A stretch of DNA of 64,000 bases from an uncultured Ignavibacteria bacterium (GTDB lineage Bacteria > Zixibacteria > MSB-5A5 > JAABVY01 > JAHJOQ01), in the NCBI GenBank assembly GCA_964415885.1, contig CAYQCE010000009.1, positions 3,338 through 67,337 on the forward strand. Reading direction: 5' to 3'. The notes below the pieces were generated by a model, which worked only from the letters and a program-made list of their open reading frames with translations, searched no databases and had not been told where the DNA came from. This document shows positions 17,629 to 28,800 of this stretch, in pieces. The translations under genes and the position numbers were made by a program. How positions within the stretch are numbered: position 1 is the first letter of the stretch; every line of letters begins with the position of its first letter.

Positions 17629-20307
17629 ATGTCTGCAGATGAGATACAAGGACCATCCAGAGAAATCGAATTCGAGAACAAGGAATGGATTCAGTCACTC
17701 GAATACGTGTATCGGAATCAGGGTCCAAAGCGAGTTCGCGAGCTATTGAAACTGATGCGGGAGCGGGCGTTCGAGATGGGTGTGCAGTTGCAGTCTGCTA
17801 TGAACACACCGTATCTGAATACAATTCCAGTTGACAGACAGCCCCCGTTCCCCGGCAGCCGCGATATAGAGAGACGTATCAAGAGTATTGTTCGATGGAA
17901 CGCGATGGCGATGGTCGTGCGGGCAAACCGAGCCGAGAGCGGAATCGGCGGGCACATTTCGACATATGCGTCAGTTGCCACGCTCTTCGAAGTCGGCTTC
18001 AATCATTTTTTCCGCGGGCATGGCGATAATCGCGACGGCGACCTCGTCTATTTCCAGGGGCACGCATCCCCGGGTGTTTACGCGAGGGCCTTCCTCGAAG
18101 GTAGAATAAGCGAGGAGCATCTGGTGAATTTCCGTAAAGAGCTTCGCAAGGGCGGCGGGTTGCCATCATATCCGCACCCTCGACTGATGCCTGATTTCTG
18201 GGAGTTTCCAACAGTCTCGATGGGACTCTCACCGATCATGGCTATCTATCAGGCCCGCTTCAACAGATATATCGAGGATCGCGGTATCCGTAAGACAAAG
18301 GGCCGCAACGTGTGGGCGTTTCTCGGTGACGGCGAGCTGGACGAGCCCGAATCGCTCGGCGCTATCACGCTTCCATCACGCGAAAAACTCGATAATCTCA
18401 TCTTTGTGGTCAACTGCAATCTTCAGAGGCTCGATGGCCCGGTGCGCGGCAACGGGAAGATAATCCAGGAATTGGAAGCCGCTTTCCGCGGGGCGGGATG
18501 GAATGTCATCAAAGTCATTTGGGGTTCCGACTGGGATCCGCTTTTGGCTCAGGATGACGGGGGACTTCTCGCCAGGCGCATGGCCGAAGTGCCCGACGGG
18601 CAGTATCAGAAGTACAGCGTTTCGGACGGAAGCTACATCCGCGAGGACTTCTTCGGGACGTACCCGCAGCTAACAGAGATGGTCAAGAACTACACCGACG
18701 AGCAGCTTCAGAAGCTGCGTCGCGGCGGACATGATCCGGCCAAGGTGTATGCCGCGTACAAGGCTGCGGTCGAGCATGAGGGCCAGCCGACTGTTATTCT
18801 GGCGAAGACGATAAAAGGCTACGGTCTCGGTGAGGCCGGCGAGGGTCGCAATGTTACTCATCAGCAGAAGAAGCTTAACGAACAGGAGCTAAGGCATTTC
18901 CGCAGCCGTTTCGGAATCCCGATTTCGGATAATCAGATAGCTGAAGCACCGTTCTATAAGCCCGCTCCCGAAAGCGAGGAAATGCGCTACCTGAAAGAGC
19001 GTCGCGAGTCACTCGGAGGCTATCTCCCCAAGAGGTCTGTGACAGTGCTGCCGTTCGAAACTCCGGGAGACAAAGTCTATAAGGAATTCCTCGATGGTTC
19101 AGGTGATCGTGAAGTCGCCAGCACGATGGCATTCGTTCACCTCCTCTCGAAGCTTATGGCAGACAAGGAGATCGGCAAGTATGTCGTGCCGATCGTGCCG
19201 GATGAAGCGCGCACCTTTGGAATGGAGGCGCTCTTCCGACGTTTCGGAATTTACTCGCACGTCGGCCAGAATTATGAACCTGTCGACAAGGAAAGCTTGC
19301 TCTATTACAAGGAGGCGGTTGACGGTCAGATTCTGGAAGAGGGAATCACCGAGGCGGGCTCGATGTCGTCATTCATAGCGGCAGCAACAGCCTACGCCAA
19401 TCACGGAATCAACATGATCCCGTTCTTCATATTCTATTCGATGTTCGGTTTTCAGCGAATCGGCGATTTGATCTGGGCCGCGGGCGATATACAGGCTCGC
19501 GGGTTCATGCTCGGCGGTACTGCAGGACGCACTACTCTCGCAGGGGAAGGACTCCAGCATCAGGATGGCCACAGCCATCTCAATGCCTTCGCGGTTACCT
19601 CGATGAAAGCATACGATCCCGCTTACTCATACGAGATAGCAGTGATCATCCGCGAAGGTCTCCGTCGCATGCTCGAAGAGCAGGAGAACATAATCTATTA
19701 CCTGACTCTGATGAACGAGTTCTATCAGATGCCGAAGATGCCGAAGGGTGTTGAGGAGGGGATCTTGAAAGGCATCTACAAATTCCGCGAGACCTCCAAT
19801 AAGCGTAAGACGTTCCGGGCACATCTGTTCGGCAGCGGCACGATTCTGAACGAAGCGCTGAAGGCTCAGGAGATTCTCGAGAAAGATTACGACATAGCCT
19901 CCGATGTGTGGAGTATAACAAGCTACAAGGAGCTATATCACGATGCTATGGAGGCCGAGCGATACAACCGGCTGAATCCGACGAAGACGCCCAGGGTGCC
20001 GTATTTGAAGAAGGAACTTGATGGCTCGAAGGGGATCTTTGTTGCGGCCAGCGACTACGTCAAAGCTCTGCCGGCATCGGTTGCCAAATGGGTGGATGAT
20101 CCGTTCGTAACGCTTGGAACCGATGGGTATGGACGCAGCGACGGCAGGTCGGACCTGCGCGATTATTTCGAGGTGGATGCGAGACAGATAGCGTTTGCGG
20201 CGGTTGTTGCGATGGCGGAAGAGAACAAGGTTAAGGCTTCGGTTGTGAAGAAGGCTATGAAGGATTTGGAAATCAAGCCCGACAAGCCGAATCCGTTCGA
20301 GATATAG
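17629..20307 (+). CDS. aceE: Pyruvate dehydrogenase E1 component (homodimeric type)
   Basis: ATG at 17629 (MSADEIQG…). ~890-aa AceE-type E1 with a ThDP-binding region (…GDGELDEPESLGA…NLIFVVNCNLQRLDGPVRGN…). Confidence 0.9.
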   Translation: MSADEIQGPSREIEFENKEWIQSLEYVYRNQGPKRVRELLKLMRERAFEMGVQLQSAMNTPYLNTIPVDRQPPFPGSRDIERRIKSIVRWNAMAMVVRANRAESGIGGHISTYASVATLFEVGFNHFFRGHGDNRDGDLVYFQGHASPGVYARAFLEGRISEEHLVNFRKELRKGGGLPSYPHPRLMPDFWEFPTVSMGLSPIMAIYQARFNRYIEDRGIRKTKGRNVWAFLGDGELDEPESLGAITLPSREKLDNLIFVVNCNLQRLDGPVRGNGKIIQELEAAFRGAGWNVIKVIWGSDWDPLLAQDDGGLLARRMAEVPDGQYQKYSVSDGSYIREDFFGTYPQLTEMVKNYTDEQLQKLRRGGHDPAKVYAAYKAAVEHEGQPTVILAKTIKGYGLGEAGEGRNVTHQQKKLNEQELRHFRSRFGIPISDNQIAEAPFYKPAPESEEMRYLKERRESLGGYLPKRSVTVLPFETPGDKVYKEFLDGSGDREVASTMAFVHLLSKLMADKEIGKYVVPIVPDEARTFGMEALFRRFGIYSHVGQNYEPVDKESLLYYKEAVDGQILEEGITEAGSMSSFIAAATAYANHGINMIPFFIFYSMFGFQRIGDLIWAAGDIQARGFMLGGTAGRTTLAGEGLQHQDGHSHLNAFAVTSMKAYDPAYSYEIAVIIREGLRRMLEEQENIIYYLTLMNEFYQMPKMPKGVEEGILKGIYKFRETSNKRKTFRAHLFGSGTILNEALKAQEILEKDYDIASDVWSITSYKELYHDAMEAERYNRLNPTKTPRVPYLKKELDGSKGIFVAASDYVKALPASVAKWVDDPFVTLGTDGYGRSDGRSDLRDYFEVDARQIAFAAVVAMAEENKVKASVVKKAMKDLEIKPDKPNPFEI

Positions 20308-20322
20308 GATCAGGGAGTTCAG

Positions 20323-21732
20323 ATGATAAAAGAGATTACTATTCCGGAAATTGGAGAGAATGTAGACTCCGGCGATGTCGTCAGCGTTCTTGTTTCTGAA
20401 GGCGATATGGTAGATGCGGATCAGGGGGTTATCGAGGTCGAGACTGAGAAGGCGGTTGTCGAGATACCTTCGCCCGACAAGGGCAAGATAGTCGAGATCA
20501 CGGTCAGCGAGGGCGACTCAGTCACGATCGGTCAGACAATTGGCAAGATTGACACGGAGGCGCCCGAGGAAGACGAGGCTGAGGAGAAGAAGGCTGAAAA
20601 ACCCGAACCGAAAAGGGAAGAGCGCGAAGAGCCGGAGCCGAAACAGCAAGAAAAGGAAGAGGAAGAGGAAGAGGAAGAGAAGGAAGAGGAGGTCGTGCGC
20701 GGAACTGTAAAGGGCGCTGCTCCTGAAGAGAAGGGTGGAGAGGCGCCATCCGTGGCCGGGGCGGAGGAGAAGCCTGACAAGCCGGATCGCAAAGAGAGGC
20801 CGAAAGAGCCGAAATCGAAGCCCGCGCCAGCCTCACCCTCGGTGCGGCGTCTCGCGCGTGAAGTCGGAGCCGACATTGACAAGATAGGCGGTTCGGGGCC
20901 CGGCGGGCGAATTACTGAGGAAGATGTCAAGGCATATGTCCGGTCGATCGTCCGTGGCGAGAAACGACCCGCGACTGCCGAGGGATCGGCACTCGGTATT
21001 TCCCGGAAGCCGCTTCCCGACTTCGGCAAGTGGGGCAAGATCGATAAAGAGCCGCTGTCGAAAGTTCGCAGGATCACCGCCGACAATGTATCGCACTCCT
21101 GGACTGTCGTCCCACATGTCACACAGTTCGATGAGGCGGATGTCACATGGTTCGAGGAGTTCCGTCAGAAATTCGGCAAGGAAGTCGAGCAGGCCGGCGG
21201 AAAGCTCACTCTGACTGCGGTCATAATCAAGACTATCGTCGCCGCGCTCAAGCGGTACTCGAAGTTCAATGCGACTGTGGATCCCGAGAAGGGCGAGATT
21301 ATCTACAAGCACTTCTTCAACATCGGCATAGCGGTCGATACCGATCGCGGACTTCTCGTGCCCGTGCTGCGGGATGCGGACCGAAAAGGCATCAAGCAGA
21401 TCGCGATTGAGATGACCGATCTCGCTGAACGTGCACGGAAGAAACGAATTGACCCGGATGAAATGGAAGGCGGGACGTTCACGATCTCGAACCAGGGTGC
21501 GATCGGTGGCGTTCAGTTCACGCCGATAATCTTCTGGCCGCAGGTGGCGATCCTCGGTGTCAGCCGGTCGTCGACACGACCGGAGTTCATTGACGGCGAA
21601 TGGAAACCGAGAACGATACTTCCGATCTCGCTTTCATACGATCACAGGCTAATCGACGGCGCGGATGCGGCACGTTTCCTGAAATGGGTTGCCGGGGCTC
21701 TCGAGCATCCGCTCGCGCTGGAATTCGATTGA
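20323..21732 (+). CDS. aceF: Dihydrolipoamide acetyltransferase (PDH E2)
   Basis: Lipoyl domain (…VETEKAVVEIPSP…), an extremely acidic E/K-rich linker, a peripheral-subunit-binding domain (PSVRRLAREVGADIDKIGGSGPGGRITEEDV) and the catalytic …SYDHRLIDGADAARFL… motif. Confidence 0.9.
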   Translation: MIKEITIPEIGENVDSGDVVSVLVSEGDMVDADQGVIEVETEKAVVEIPSPDKGKIVEITVSEGDSVTIGQTIGKIDTEAPEEDEAEEKKAEKPEPKREEREEPEPKQQEKEEEEEEEEKEEEVVRGTVKGAAPEEKGGEAPSVAGAEEKPDKPDRKERPKEPKSKPAPASPSVRRLAREVGADIDKIGGSGPGGRITEEDVKAYVRSIVRGEKRPATAEGSALGISRKPLPDFGKWGKIDKEPLSKVRRITADNVSHSWTVVPHVTQFDEADVTWFEEFRQKFGKEVEQAGGKLTLTAVIIKTIVAALKRYSKFNATVDPEKGEIIYKHFFNIGIAVDTDRGLLVPVLRDADRKGIKQIAIEMTDLAERARKKRIDPDEMEGGTFTISNQGAIGGVQFTPIIFWPQVAILGVSRSSTRPEFIDGEWKPRTILPISLSYDHRLIDGADAARFLKWVAGALEHPLALEFD

Positions 21733-21760
21733 GTACGGAAATAGAAACGGAGTTTTATAG

Positions 21761-23194
21761 ATGGTCGCGAATTCAAACAAGACTGGTCTTGCGGTAATCG
21801 GTGGTGGTCCCGGTGGATATGCCGCCGCGTTCTATGCCGCTGATCTGGGCATGGATGTCACACTGATCGATCCGGACGTCAACCCCGGTGGAGTCTGCCT
21901 CTATCGCGGATGTATCCCTTCGAAGGCGCTTCTGCATGTAGCGAAAGTCATCAACGAATCGAGCGAGGCCGCCGAATGGGGAGTCAAGTTCAAGAAGCCG
22001 GAGATCGACGTCAAGAAGCTCAGGAAATTCAAGAATGATGTTGTCGGGAGACTGACCGGCGGTCTTGGCCAGCTCTCCAGGCAGCGGAGTGTCAACTATG
22101 TCCGAGGGACAGCGGGGTTCATCGACAAGAATACTCTCGAGGTCACGCGCAGCAACGGCGACACCGGATCACTGACGTTTGACAATGCGATAGTCGCCAC
22201 CGGATCGCAACCGATAATGATCCCGTCGCTGACTGTGGACTCTCCGAGATTGCTTGATTCGACGAGTGCGCTTGAAGTCGAGAATATACCAAAAAGCCTG
22301 CTCGTTATCGGCGGTGGTTACATCGGCCTCGAACTCGGCACGGTCTACGCCACACTCGGGTCGGAGGTGACAGTTGTAGAGATGACGTCCGGCATTCTTC
22401 CAGGCGTGGATAAGGACCTCGTAAGTCCGCTCAAGAAGCGCTTGAAGGATCTTTTCGAGGATGTCTGGCTCGATACTACTGTGACGGGGCTCAAGGCACA
22501 GAAGAACGGGATCAAGGCGTCATTCAAGGGCGAAAACGCACCGGACAATGACAAGATATTCGATAAGGTTCTGATGGCGGTCGGGCGCAAGCCGAACAGC
22601 CGCGATGTCGGACTCGAAAAAGTGCACATTGAGATGGATGAGAAGGGATTCGTTAAGGTCGATGACGCTCGCCGAACTAATGTCGAAAACATATTCGCGA
22701 TCGGTGATGTTGCGGGTGAGCCGATGCTCGCTCACAAAGCGTCGCACGAGGGCAGAGTTGCAGTCGATGCTATCGCCGGGAAGAATGCGGCGTTTGAGCC
22801 GCGGGCCATTCCGGCGGTCGTGTTTACCGATCCGGAGATTGCGTGGTGCGGTCTGACTCAGACCGAGGCGAAAGAGAAGAACATCGATGTCGAGATCGCC
22901 AAGTTTCCATGGGGAGCATCCGGGCGGGCTCTGACTCTCGGACGCTCGGACGGAATTACGAAACTCATTATCGAGCCGAAAACCGAGCGTATACTCGGAG
23001 TTGGTATCTCAGGACCCGGTGCGGGTGAGCTTATCGCTGAGGGAGTACTCGCAGTCGAGATGGCGGCAGTGGCGTCCGATCTTGCAATGACTATACATGC
23101 GCACCCGACTCTATCCGAGACACTGATGGAGGCGGCGGATGTGTTTCTCGGGCATGCCACGCACTATTACAGGCCGAAACGGAAGAAGAAGTAG
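21761..23194 (+). CDS. lpdA: Dihydrolipoyl dehydrogenase (E3)
   Basis: FAD-binding GGGPGG and the redox disulfide …GGVCLYRGCIPSKAL…, plus the C-terminal HAHPTLSE motif. Confidence 0.9.
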   Translation: MVANSNKTGLAVIGGGPGGYAAAFYAADLGMDVTLIDPDVNPGGVCLYRGCIPSKALLHVAKVINESSEAAEWGVKFKKPEIDVKKLRKFKNDVVGRLTGGLGQLSRQRSVNYVRGTAGFIDKNTLEVTRSNGDTGSLTFDNAIVATGSQPIMIPSLTVDSPRLLDSTSALEVENIPKSLLVIGGGYIGLELGTVYATLGSEVTVVEMTSGILPGVDKDLVSPLKKRLKDLFEDVWLDTTVTGLKAQKNGIKASFKGENAPDNDKIFDKVLMAVGRKPNSRDVGLEKVHIEMDEKGFVKVDDARRTNVENIFAIGDVAGEPMLAHKASHEGRVAVDAIAGKNAAFEPRAIPAVVFTDPEIAWCGLTQTEAKEKNIDVEIAKFPWGASGRALTLGRSDGITKLIIEPKTERILGVGISGPGAGELIAEGVLAVEMAAVASDLAMTIHAHPTLSETLMEAADVFLGHATHYYRPKRKKK

Positions 23195-23542
23195 GATCCG
23201 TCGATTGCTGGAGTATTGTACGGTTCCGATACTGTCTTGTTCTTCACGATAGCTGTTTTGGCTGAGGTTTTGGAACTCCGCGCCAAACATCGCCACGAGT
23301 GCATCATCTGAACACGGAATACCGTAGCTGAATCCGATGTTTACCTGCGGTGATTCGTCTTCGCCGTTGTACTCGCTCACGGCTGCTTTGAGCTTCCGTG
23401 TGGCATCCTGAGTCAATGTCTGATCGCTTTTCAGGCCGATCTCCTGACTGGCTTTGATCTCACCAACTATCAAATGAGATTCGATCAGCTTCCGGGAGAC
23501 GTTCAACGGCACGCGACTTCGCTCCTTGAACCGTCCATTCAA
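23111..23542 (-). CDS. Hypothetical protein (doubtful ORF)
   Basis: 143-aa ORF with a TTG start and no recognisable domain. It overlaps the 3' end of lpdA by 84 nt on the opposite strand. Kept only as a low-confidence candidate. Confidence 0.2.
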   Translation of the reverse strand: MNGRFKERSRVPLNVSRKLIESHLIVGEIKASQEIGLKSDQTLTQDATRKLKAAVSEYNGEDESPQVNIGFSYGIPCSDDALVAMFGAEFQNLSQNSYREEQDSIGTVQYSSNRRILLLLPFRPVIVRGMPEKHIRRLHQCLG

Positions 23543-23550
23543 CAGACGAA

Positions 23551-24189
23551 CTACTTCATCTTGCGTGCGACAACCCGAGCAAATCCGTGCTTGTGTGGCT
23601 CTCCATGAGTGGTGTCGTGTTCCGTGCGTTCTTCGTACTTCTTGATGTGGAAATTGCCCTTCAGGTGTTTCAACAGCTCATTTGGACGGAAGTAGTGTTT
23701 AATTTCAGACGATAGTTCACTTGCGTTTTCGTCATCACCCTTGTATCCCGGATCCTCGATAGTGTGGACTTTGATGAAGATGTAACCGCCGCGCTTCAGG
23801 CTTTTCCGAACCTTGTAGAATAGCTTGCCGATATCGCCCGTTTCGAGATGGTCGAACAGGGTGATGGCGAATATAAGATCGAACTTGCGCTCAGGGTATT
23901 CCCATGTACGGGCGTCCCCATGCACGGTTTTCAGTCTGTCGCCAAGCCCCCTCTCGGCCGCGATCCGCTTAAGCTTCTCGATCCCGGTTTTGGAGCTGTC
24001 GAGCGCGATTACGTCAAAGCCTTTCTCCGCAAGATACAGAGAGTTTCGTCCGTCGCCGGCACCCATGTCCAGCGCGAGTCCGGAGCCGCCTAAATCCTGA
24101 AGATGCTCTTCGACTTCCTTAGTCGGTGCGTCTCCGAATGACAACTCATCCGAGTCGTAGAATTCATCAAACCGTTCCGTCATACTCAA
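23551..24189 (-). CDS. Class I SAM-dependent methyltransferase (TehB-like small-molecule MTase)
   Basis: SAM-binding motif I (…LDMGAGDGRNSLYLAEKGFDVIALD…) and size match TehB-like methyltransferases. Confidence 0.8.
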   Translation of the reverse strand: MSMTERFDEFYDSDELSFGDAPTKEVEEHLQDLGGSGLALDMGAGDGRNSLYLAEKGFDVIALDSSKTGIEKLKRIAAERGLGDRLKTVHGDARTWEYPERKFDLIFAITLFDHLETGDIGKLFYKVRKSLKRGGYIFIKVHTIEDPGYKGDDENASELSSEIKHYFRPNELLKHLKGNFHIKKYEERTEHDTTHGEPHKHGFARVVARKMK

Positions 24190-24351
24190 TTCCTGTGGGG
24201 CTTGTTTGAATTAGCACTTGTTGGCCGACAGCATGGCCTTCATCTCTGTATAACACCCCCGGCGCTTCTCTGTGCCCGTTTAGTTGATATCTCTGAGAAC
24301 CGCACGGTGGAGCAGAGCGTTATCGACATTATCGAGACGGGAGTGATTGTA

Positions 24352-25716
24352 TTGCGAAATCGAGTCGACGCAAGAAGAACACGGGTTCTCTCCGAGGGAT
24401 CGGACAGACCGGGCCCTGTTGTTTACTGGATGAGCCGCGATCAGAGGATGCGCGACAACTGGGCGCTCATGTACGCGAGTCAAATGGCGAAGGATCGAAG
24501 CGCTCCGCTGGTGGTCCTGTTTAGTCTCGTGCCGGAATTTCTCGGAGCGACCGCGCGACAGTACGCGTTTATGCTTAACGGTCTGGAGAAGGTTGCAAAC
24601 GGCCTTGCATCGAAGGGCATACCGTTCAGGCTCGAACTGGGCGAACCGTCAACCACGATTCCGCAGGCGATCAAGTCTCTGGGAGCATCCATCATCGTAT
24701 CCGATTTTAATCCGCTTCGCGTCAGCCGGCAGTGGAAGAATGACGTAATCGACCGGGTTGACATCCCGGTTATCGAAGTTGATGCTCATAACATCGTGCC
24801 ATGCTGGCTGGCATCCGATAAACAGGAGTTTGCCGCGAGAACATTCCGACCCAAAGTAATCAGCAGGCTGGATGACTTCCTGACTGACTTGCCAAACCCT
24901 GCAAAGCAGACCTCACCGGAGGGGATTGAATCAACACGCTTCGATTCCCGCTCGGTTTTCTCCGATCTTCCGATCGATTCGGGTGTCGCTGAAGTAGATT
25001 GGATCGAGCCGGGTGAGGATAAGGCGCGGGCAGTACTGAAGCGTTTCATCAAAAACCGTCTGTCTGATTATGCTGAAGATCGCAACGATCCGAATGCGGA
25101 TGTCCTGTCTGACCTTTCGCCCTACCTTCACTTCGGTCAGATCTCGGCTCAACGGGTCGCGCTCGAAATCGCGGCTTCGAATGCGCCAAAAGAGAGCCGG
25201 GATGCGTTTATCGAGGAATTGATTGTTCGAAGAGAGTTATCCGACAACTTCTGCTACTACAACGATGTGTATGATTCAATTGACGGCTTCCCGGACTGGG
25301 CAAAGAGGACGCTTGATGAGCACAGGGGCGATCTTCGTGAGTATCTCTACAGTCGCGATGAGCTTGAATTCGCCGAGACGCACGATCAGCTTTGGAACGC
25401 CGCTCAGATCGAAATGGTGAGACGTGGCAAGATGCACGGGTATATGCGGATGTACTGGGCTAAGAAGATACTCGAATGGACCGGATCGCCGGAGGATGCA
25501 CTTGCAGCAACAATCTATCTGAACGACAGGTACGAGTTGGATGGCCGCGATCCGAATGGCTATGTTGGTGCAGCCTGGAGCATTGGCGGAGTGCATGATC
25601 GAGCGTGGCAGGAACGTCCCGTATACGGAAAGATTCGTTATATGAACTATAGCGGATGTCGGCGCAAGTTCGATGTCGATGCCTACATCGAGAGAATCGG
25701 CGTCTCAAAAAAGTAA
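24352..25716 (+). CDS. phr: Class II CPD deoxyribodipyrimidine photolyase
   Basis: Contains …GPVVYWMSRDQRMRDNWAL…, the diagnostic class II N-terminus, plus a FAD-binding C-terminal half (…WNAAQIEMVRRGKMHGYMRMYWAKKIL…). Start is set at TTG 24352, 8 nt after GGGAG. The longer ORF from 24202 has no RBS and an implausible N-terminus. Confidence 0.8.
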   Translation: MRNRVDARRTRVLSEGSDRPGPVVYWMSRDQRMRDNWALMYASQMAKDRSAPLVVLFSLVPEFLGATARQYAFMLNGLEKVANGLASKGIPFRLELGEPSTTIPQAIKSLGASIIVSDFNPLRVSRQWKNDVIDRVDIPVIEVDAHNIVPCWLASDKQEFAARTFRPKVISRLDDFLTDLPNPAKQTSPEGIESTRFDSRSVFSDLPIDSGVAEVDWIEPGEDKARAVLKRFIKNRLSDYAEDRNDPNADVLSDLSPYLHFGQISAQRVALEIAASNAPKESRDAFIEELIVRRELSDNFCYYNDVYDSIDGFPDWAKRTLDEHRGDLREYLYSRDELEFAETHDQLWNAAQIEMVRRGKMHGYMRMYWAKKILEWTGSPEDALAATIYLNDRYELDGRDPNGYVGAAWSIGGVHDRAWQERPVYGKIRYMNYSGCRRKFDVDAYIERIGVSKK

Positions 25717-25856
25717 ACTATCTTGTCCGATTGTCGTACAAGATGCTGAGATTCTTTTTGTTGAACCTCCCGCAGTTCATCGGGATATTTATTTTCACGG
25801 ATGACAGTCCACCGAGACTCTTTTTTTGAGTTCGATGTCTAAGGAGAAACGCTTTA

Positions 25857-28800
25857 ATGGAATCCGGATCGCATGATGACGACAGGACTCAAGGTGTTAC
25901 CATAGTCCAACCGGGTACTCAAATTGCGCATTATGATGTAGTCGAGAAGATCGGCGAAGGCGGTATGGGAGAGGTGTATCTTGCAAATGATACTCGACTG
26001 AATCGCAAGGTTGCGCTGAAGTTTCTCCCGACGCACTTCCTCGCCGATAAAAGTGCCAAGGCGCGATTCGTGCGGGAGGCGCAATCCGCCGCCGGTCTTG
26101 ACCATCCGAACATCATCACGATCTACGAAGTCAGCGAGTTCAACGGCCGCCCGTTCTTCGCCATGCAGTACCTTGAGGGTGACTCTCTCAAAGACCTGAT
26201 TACCCGCGCGGAGATGCCGGTCGAGAAGATACTCGATGTCGCGATCCAGATAACATCCGGCCTAAAGCATGCTCATGAAAAGGGCGTGATTCACCGGGAT
26301 ATAAAGCCGGGAAATATCAGCGTGGACAAGACCGGCCGAGCTGTGATTCTCGATTTCGGCCTTGCTGCCGTTGAAAGCGAGGAGGCTCTTACACAGGCTG
26401 GAACCACGCTCGGGACGATCGGCTACATGGCTCCGGAGCAGATACAGGGGAAAGAGGTCGACGGCAGAAGCGACATCTTCTCCATGGGTGTCGTGCTGTT
26501 TGAGATGCTTGCGCGAACCGCGCCGTTCAAGCGAGACTCGCAGGCATCCACAATTAACGCCGTGCTGAATGAGCATCCCGGTCCTCTTTCGAACTACCGT
26601 GAGAATGTTGAGCAGGGGTTCGAGGAGGTTGTGAGCCGTGCGCTGGATAAGGATGTCGAAACGCGGTATCAGTCGGCTTCCGGCATGCTTGCCGATTTGA
26701 AGCGCCTGAAGAAAATACTCGATCCGGAATCATCGACGAAGACATTCGTATCGGTTGGTAGCCGGAAGAGCGATTCCGGGAAGAGGCGATTTGCGATCAC
26801 AGGTGGACTTTTGAGCATCGCGGTGGTTGTAGCGCTTCTTCTCATATTCCTCGCGAGCGACGGCACTTTCTTTGGCAATGGTGTCGGCCCAATGGGCACC
26901 GGGACCGCGACTGCCGGACAGTGGGCGTCGTCGATAGCGGTCCTGCCCTTCATGGATTTCAGCAGCGAGCAGAATCAGGAGTATTTCTGCGACGGCATGA
27001 CTGATGCTATAATCAGTAAGCTCACGGGGATTGACGAACTCAAGGTAATCTCCATGACCTCTGTAATGCGATACAAGTCTGAGGATCGTGACCTCGAGAA
27101 AATCGGCGAGGATCTCGATGTTGGCGCTGTTTTGGACGGTAGTGTGCAGAAGGAGGGGGACAACATACGCGTGAGCGCGCGGCTTGTCGATGTCGAGAAT
27201 GGCCAGCAGCTCTGGTCGCGTCAGTTCGACCGCAAACTGGAGAGCGTGTTCGCGATCCAGGATGAGATATCTCGCAATATAGTGGATGTACTGAAGCTTG
27301 AACTCCTCGGTACTGAGCAAAAGACTCTTACTCAGAGGCACACGGATAATATCGATGCATACAATCTATACGTTCAAGGCCGATTTTTCTGGCGTAAACG
27401 TACGGATGAAGCCCTGAGGACAGCCATAGATTACTTCGAGAGGGCAATCGAGCTCGATTCAAACTACGCTCTGGCATATGCGGGCCTGGCCGACGCCTGG
27501 GCAGTCCTTCCCGGCTACAGCACATCTCCGGAGGACTCCGCGACGGTGATGGCTGAGAAGGCCGCTACCCGAGCTGTCGAGTTAAACAGCAGTATTGCTG
27601 AGGCACATGCCTCCCTTGGGTTGACTCTTATGAACCTCGGCAATCTTCAGGAGGCGAGAGAGAGTCTCGAGAGAGCCATCGATCTGAACCCGGGCTACTC
27701 ATGGGCGCATACATGGTATTCCAATGTTCTCGGACAGTTGGGCATGAAGGAAGAGTCGCTAAAGGAATTGGAAATTGCGTATGAGCTCGATCCGCTCTCT
27801 ATAGTGAATCTGATGAATCTCGCTTCGGACCGATCAGAGCAGGGTCGGGTCGAGAGGGCGATTGAACTGTTGGAGCGCGCTCTCGAGATTGAAGAGAATG
27901 TCAAGATATATGCGATGTATGCCACAGTTCTGTCGCGGGCAGGACGACCCGACGAGGCAATCGATCAGTACGAGAAGGCTATCGCGCTGTTTCCCGAGAT
28001 GACATCTGCATGGAACAGCCTGGCATATATGTGCGGAGAGAATGTGAGCTACGACTCCGGTCTCGTAGTTTTTGATCGATGCCTGGAAGCCAATCCGGGT
28101 AATGCTGAGGTCTATACCGACAAGGGTTGGTATCAATCCCGCTATGGTGATCTCGAAGGCGCACGACAATCCGCGCAGAAGGCGCTGTCGATAGATCCAA
28201 GCCGACAGAAGGCAGGGCAGCTCCTGTTCACAGCCGCCATGTATCAGCAGGAATGGGATGTCGCCGGCTCGTTGCTCGAGAGATTCAAGGAATTCATACC
28301 ACCCAGCGAAGTGATGGCGCATGCCGAACTCGAGAAGGCACGGGCAGTGCTCTATGCCTATCAGGGCCGATTGGAGGACGCGATAGCGTTAGTTGAGCGT
28401 GAGTTCGAATACGATTCGGAGAGCGATTACAATCGTGAAGTGGCCGCGAGAAAGACCATGGCCGCCGGTTTCTACGTTGCTTTTGAAAAATACGAGGAAG
28501 CTCTTTCAGCGATAAGACAGGCTACAAGATACAGCGAGAAGGTGTTCGGCAAACAGAGCAGGTGTGACAACAACTACAATCGATACGCCCGGCTCCTTGC
28601 CTTAAACGGCGAGATTGCCCGAGCCACAGAGATTGGAGCAGAGTATAGTGAATGCTGGGTTGCGCAGGATACGATCTTTGAAGTCTTATCGGACAGGATA
28701 CAGGCGCACATTTACTATGCCGACGGAGAGTACGATACTGCCGGCGATTTCTATCTGGAAGTTATTGATGCGATGAAGAGAAATCGTAAGAGCGTAATGG

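Noticed and set aside
20532-21146. 204-aa minus-strand ORF
   Set aside because: It is antisense to the low-complexity E/K/P linker of E2 (aceF). Its S/F/G-rich translation is a complement artefact.
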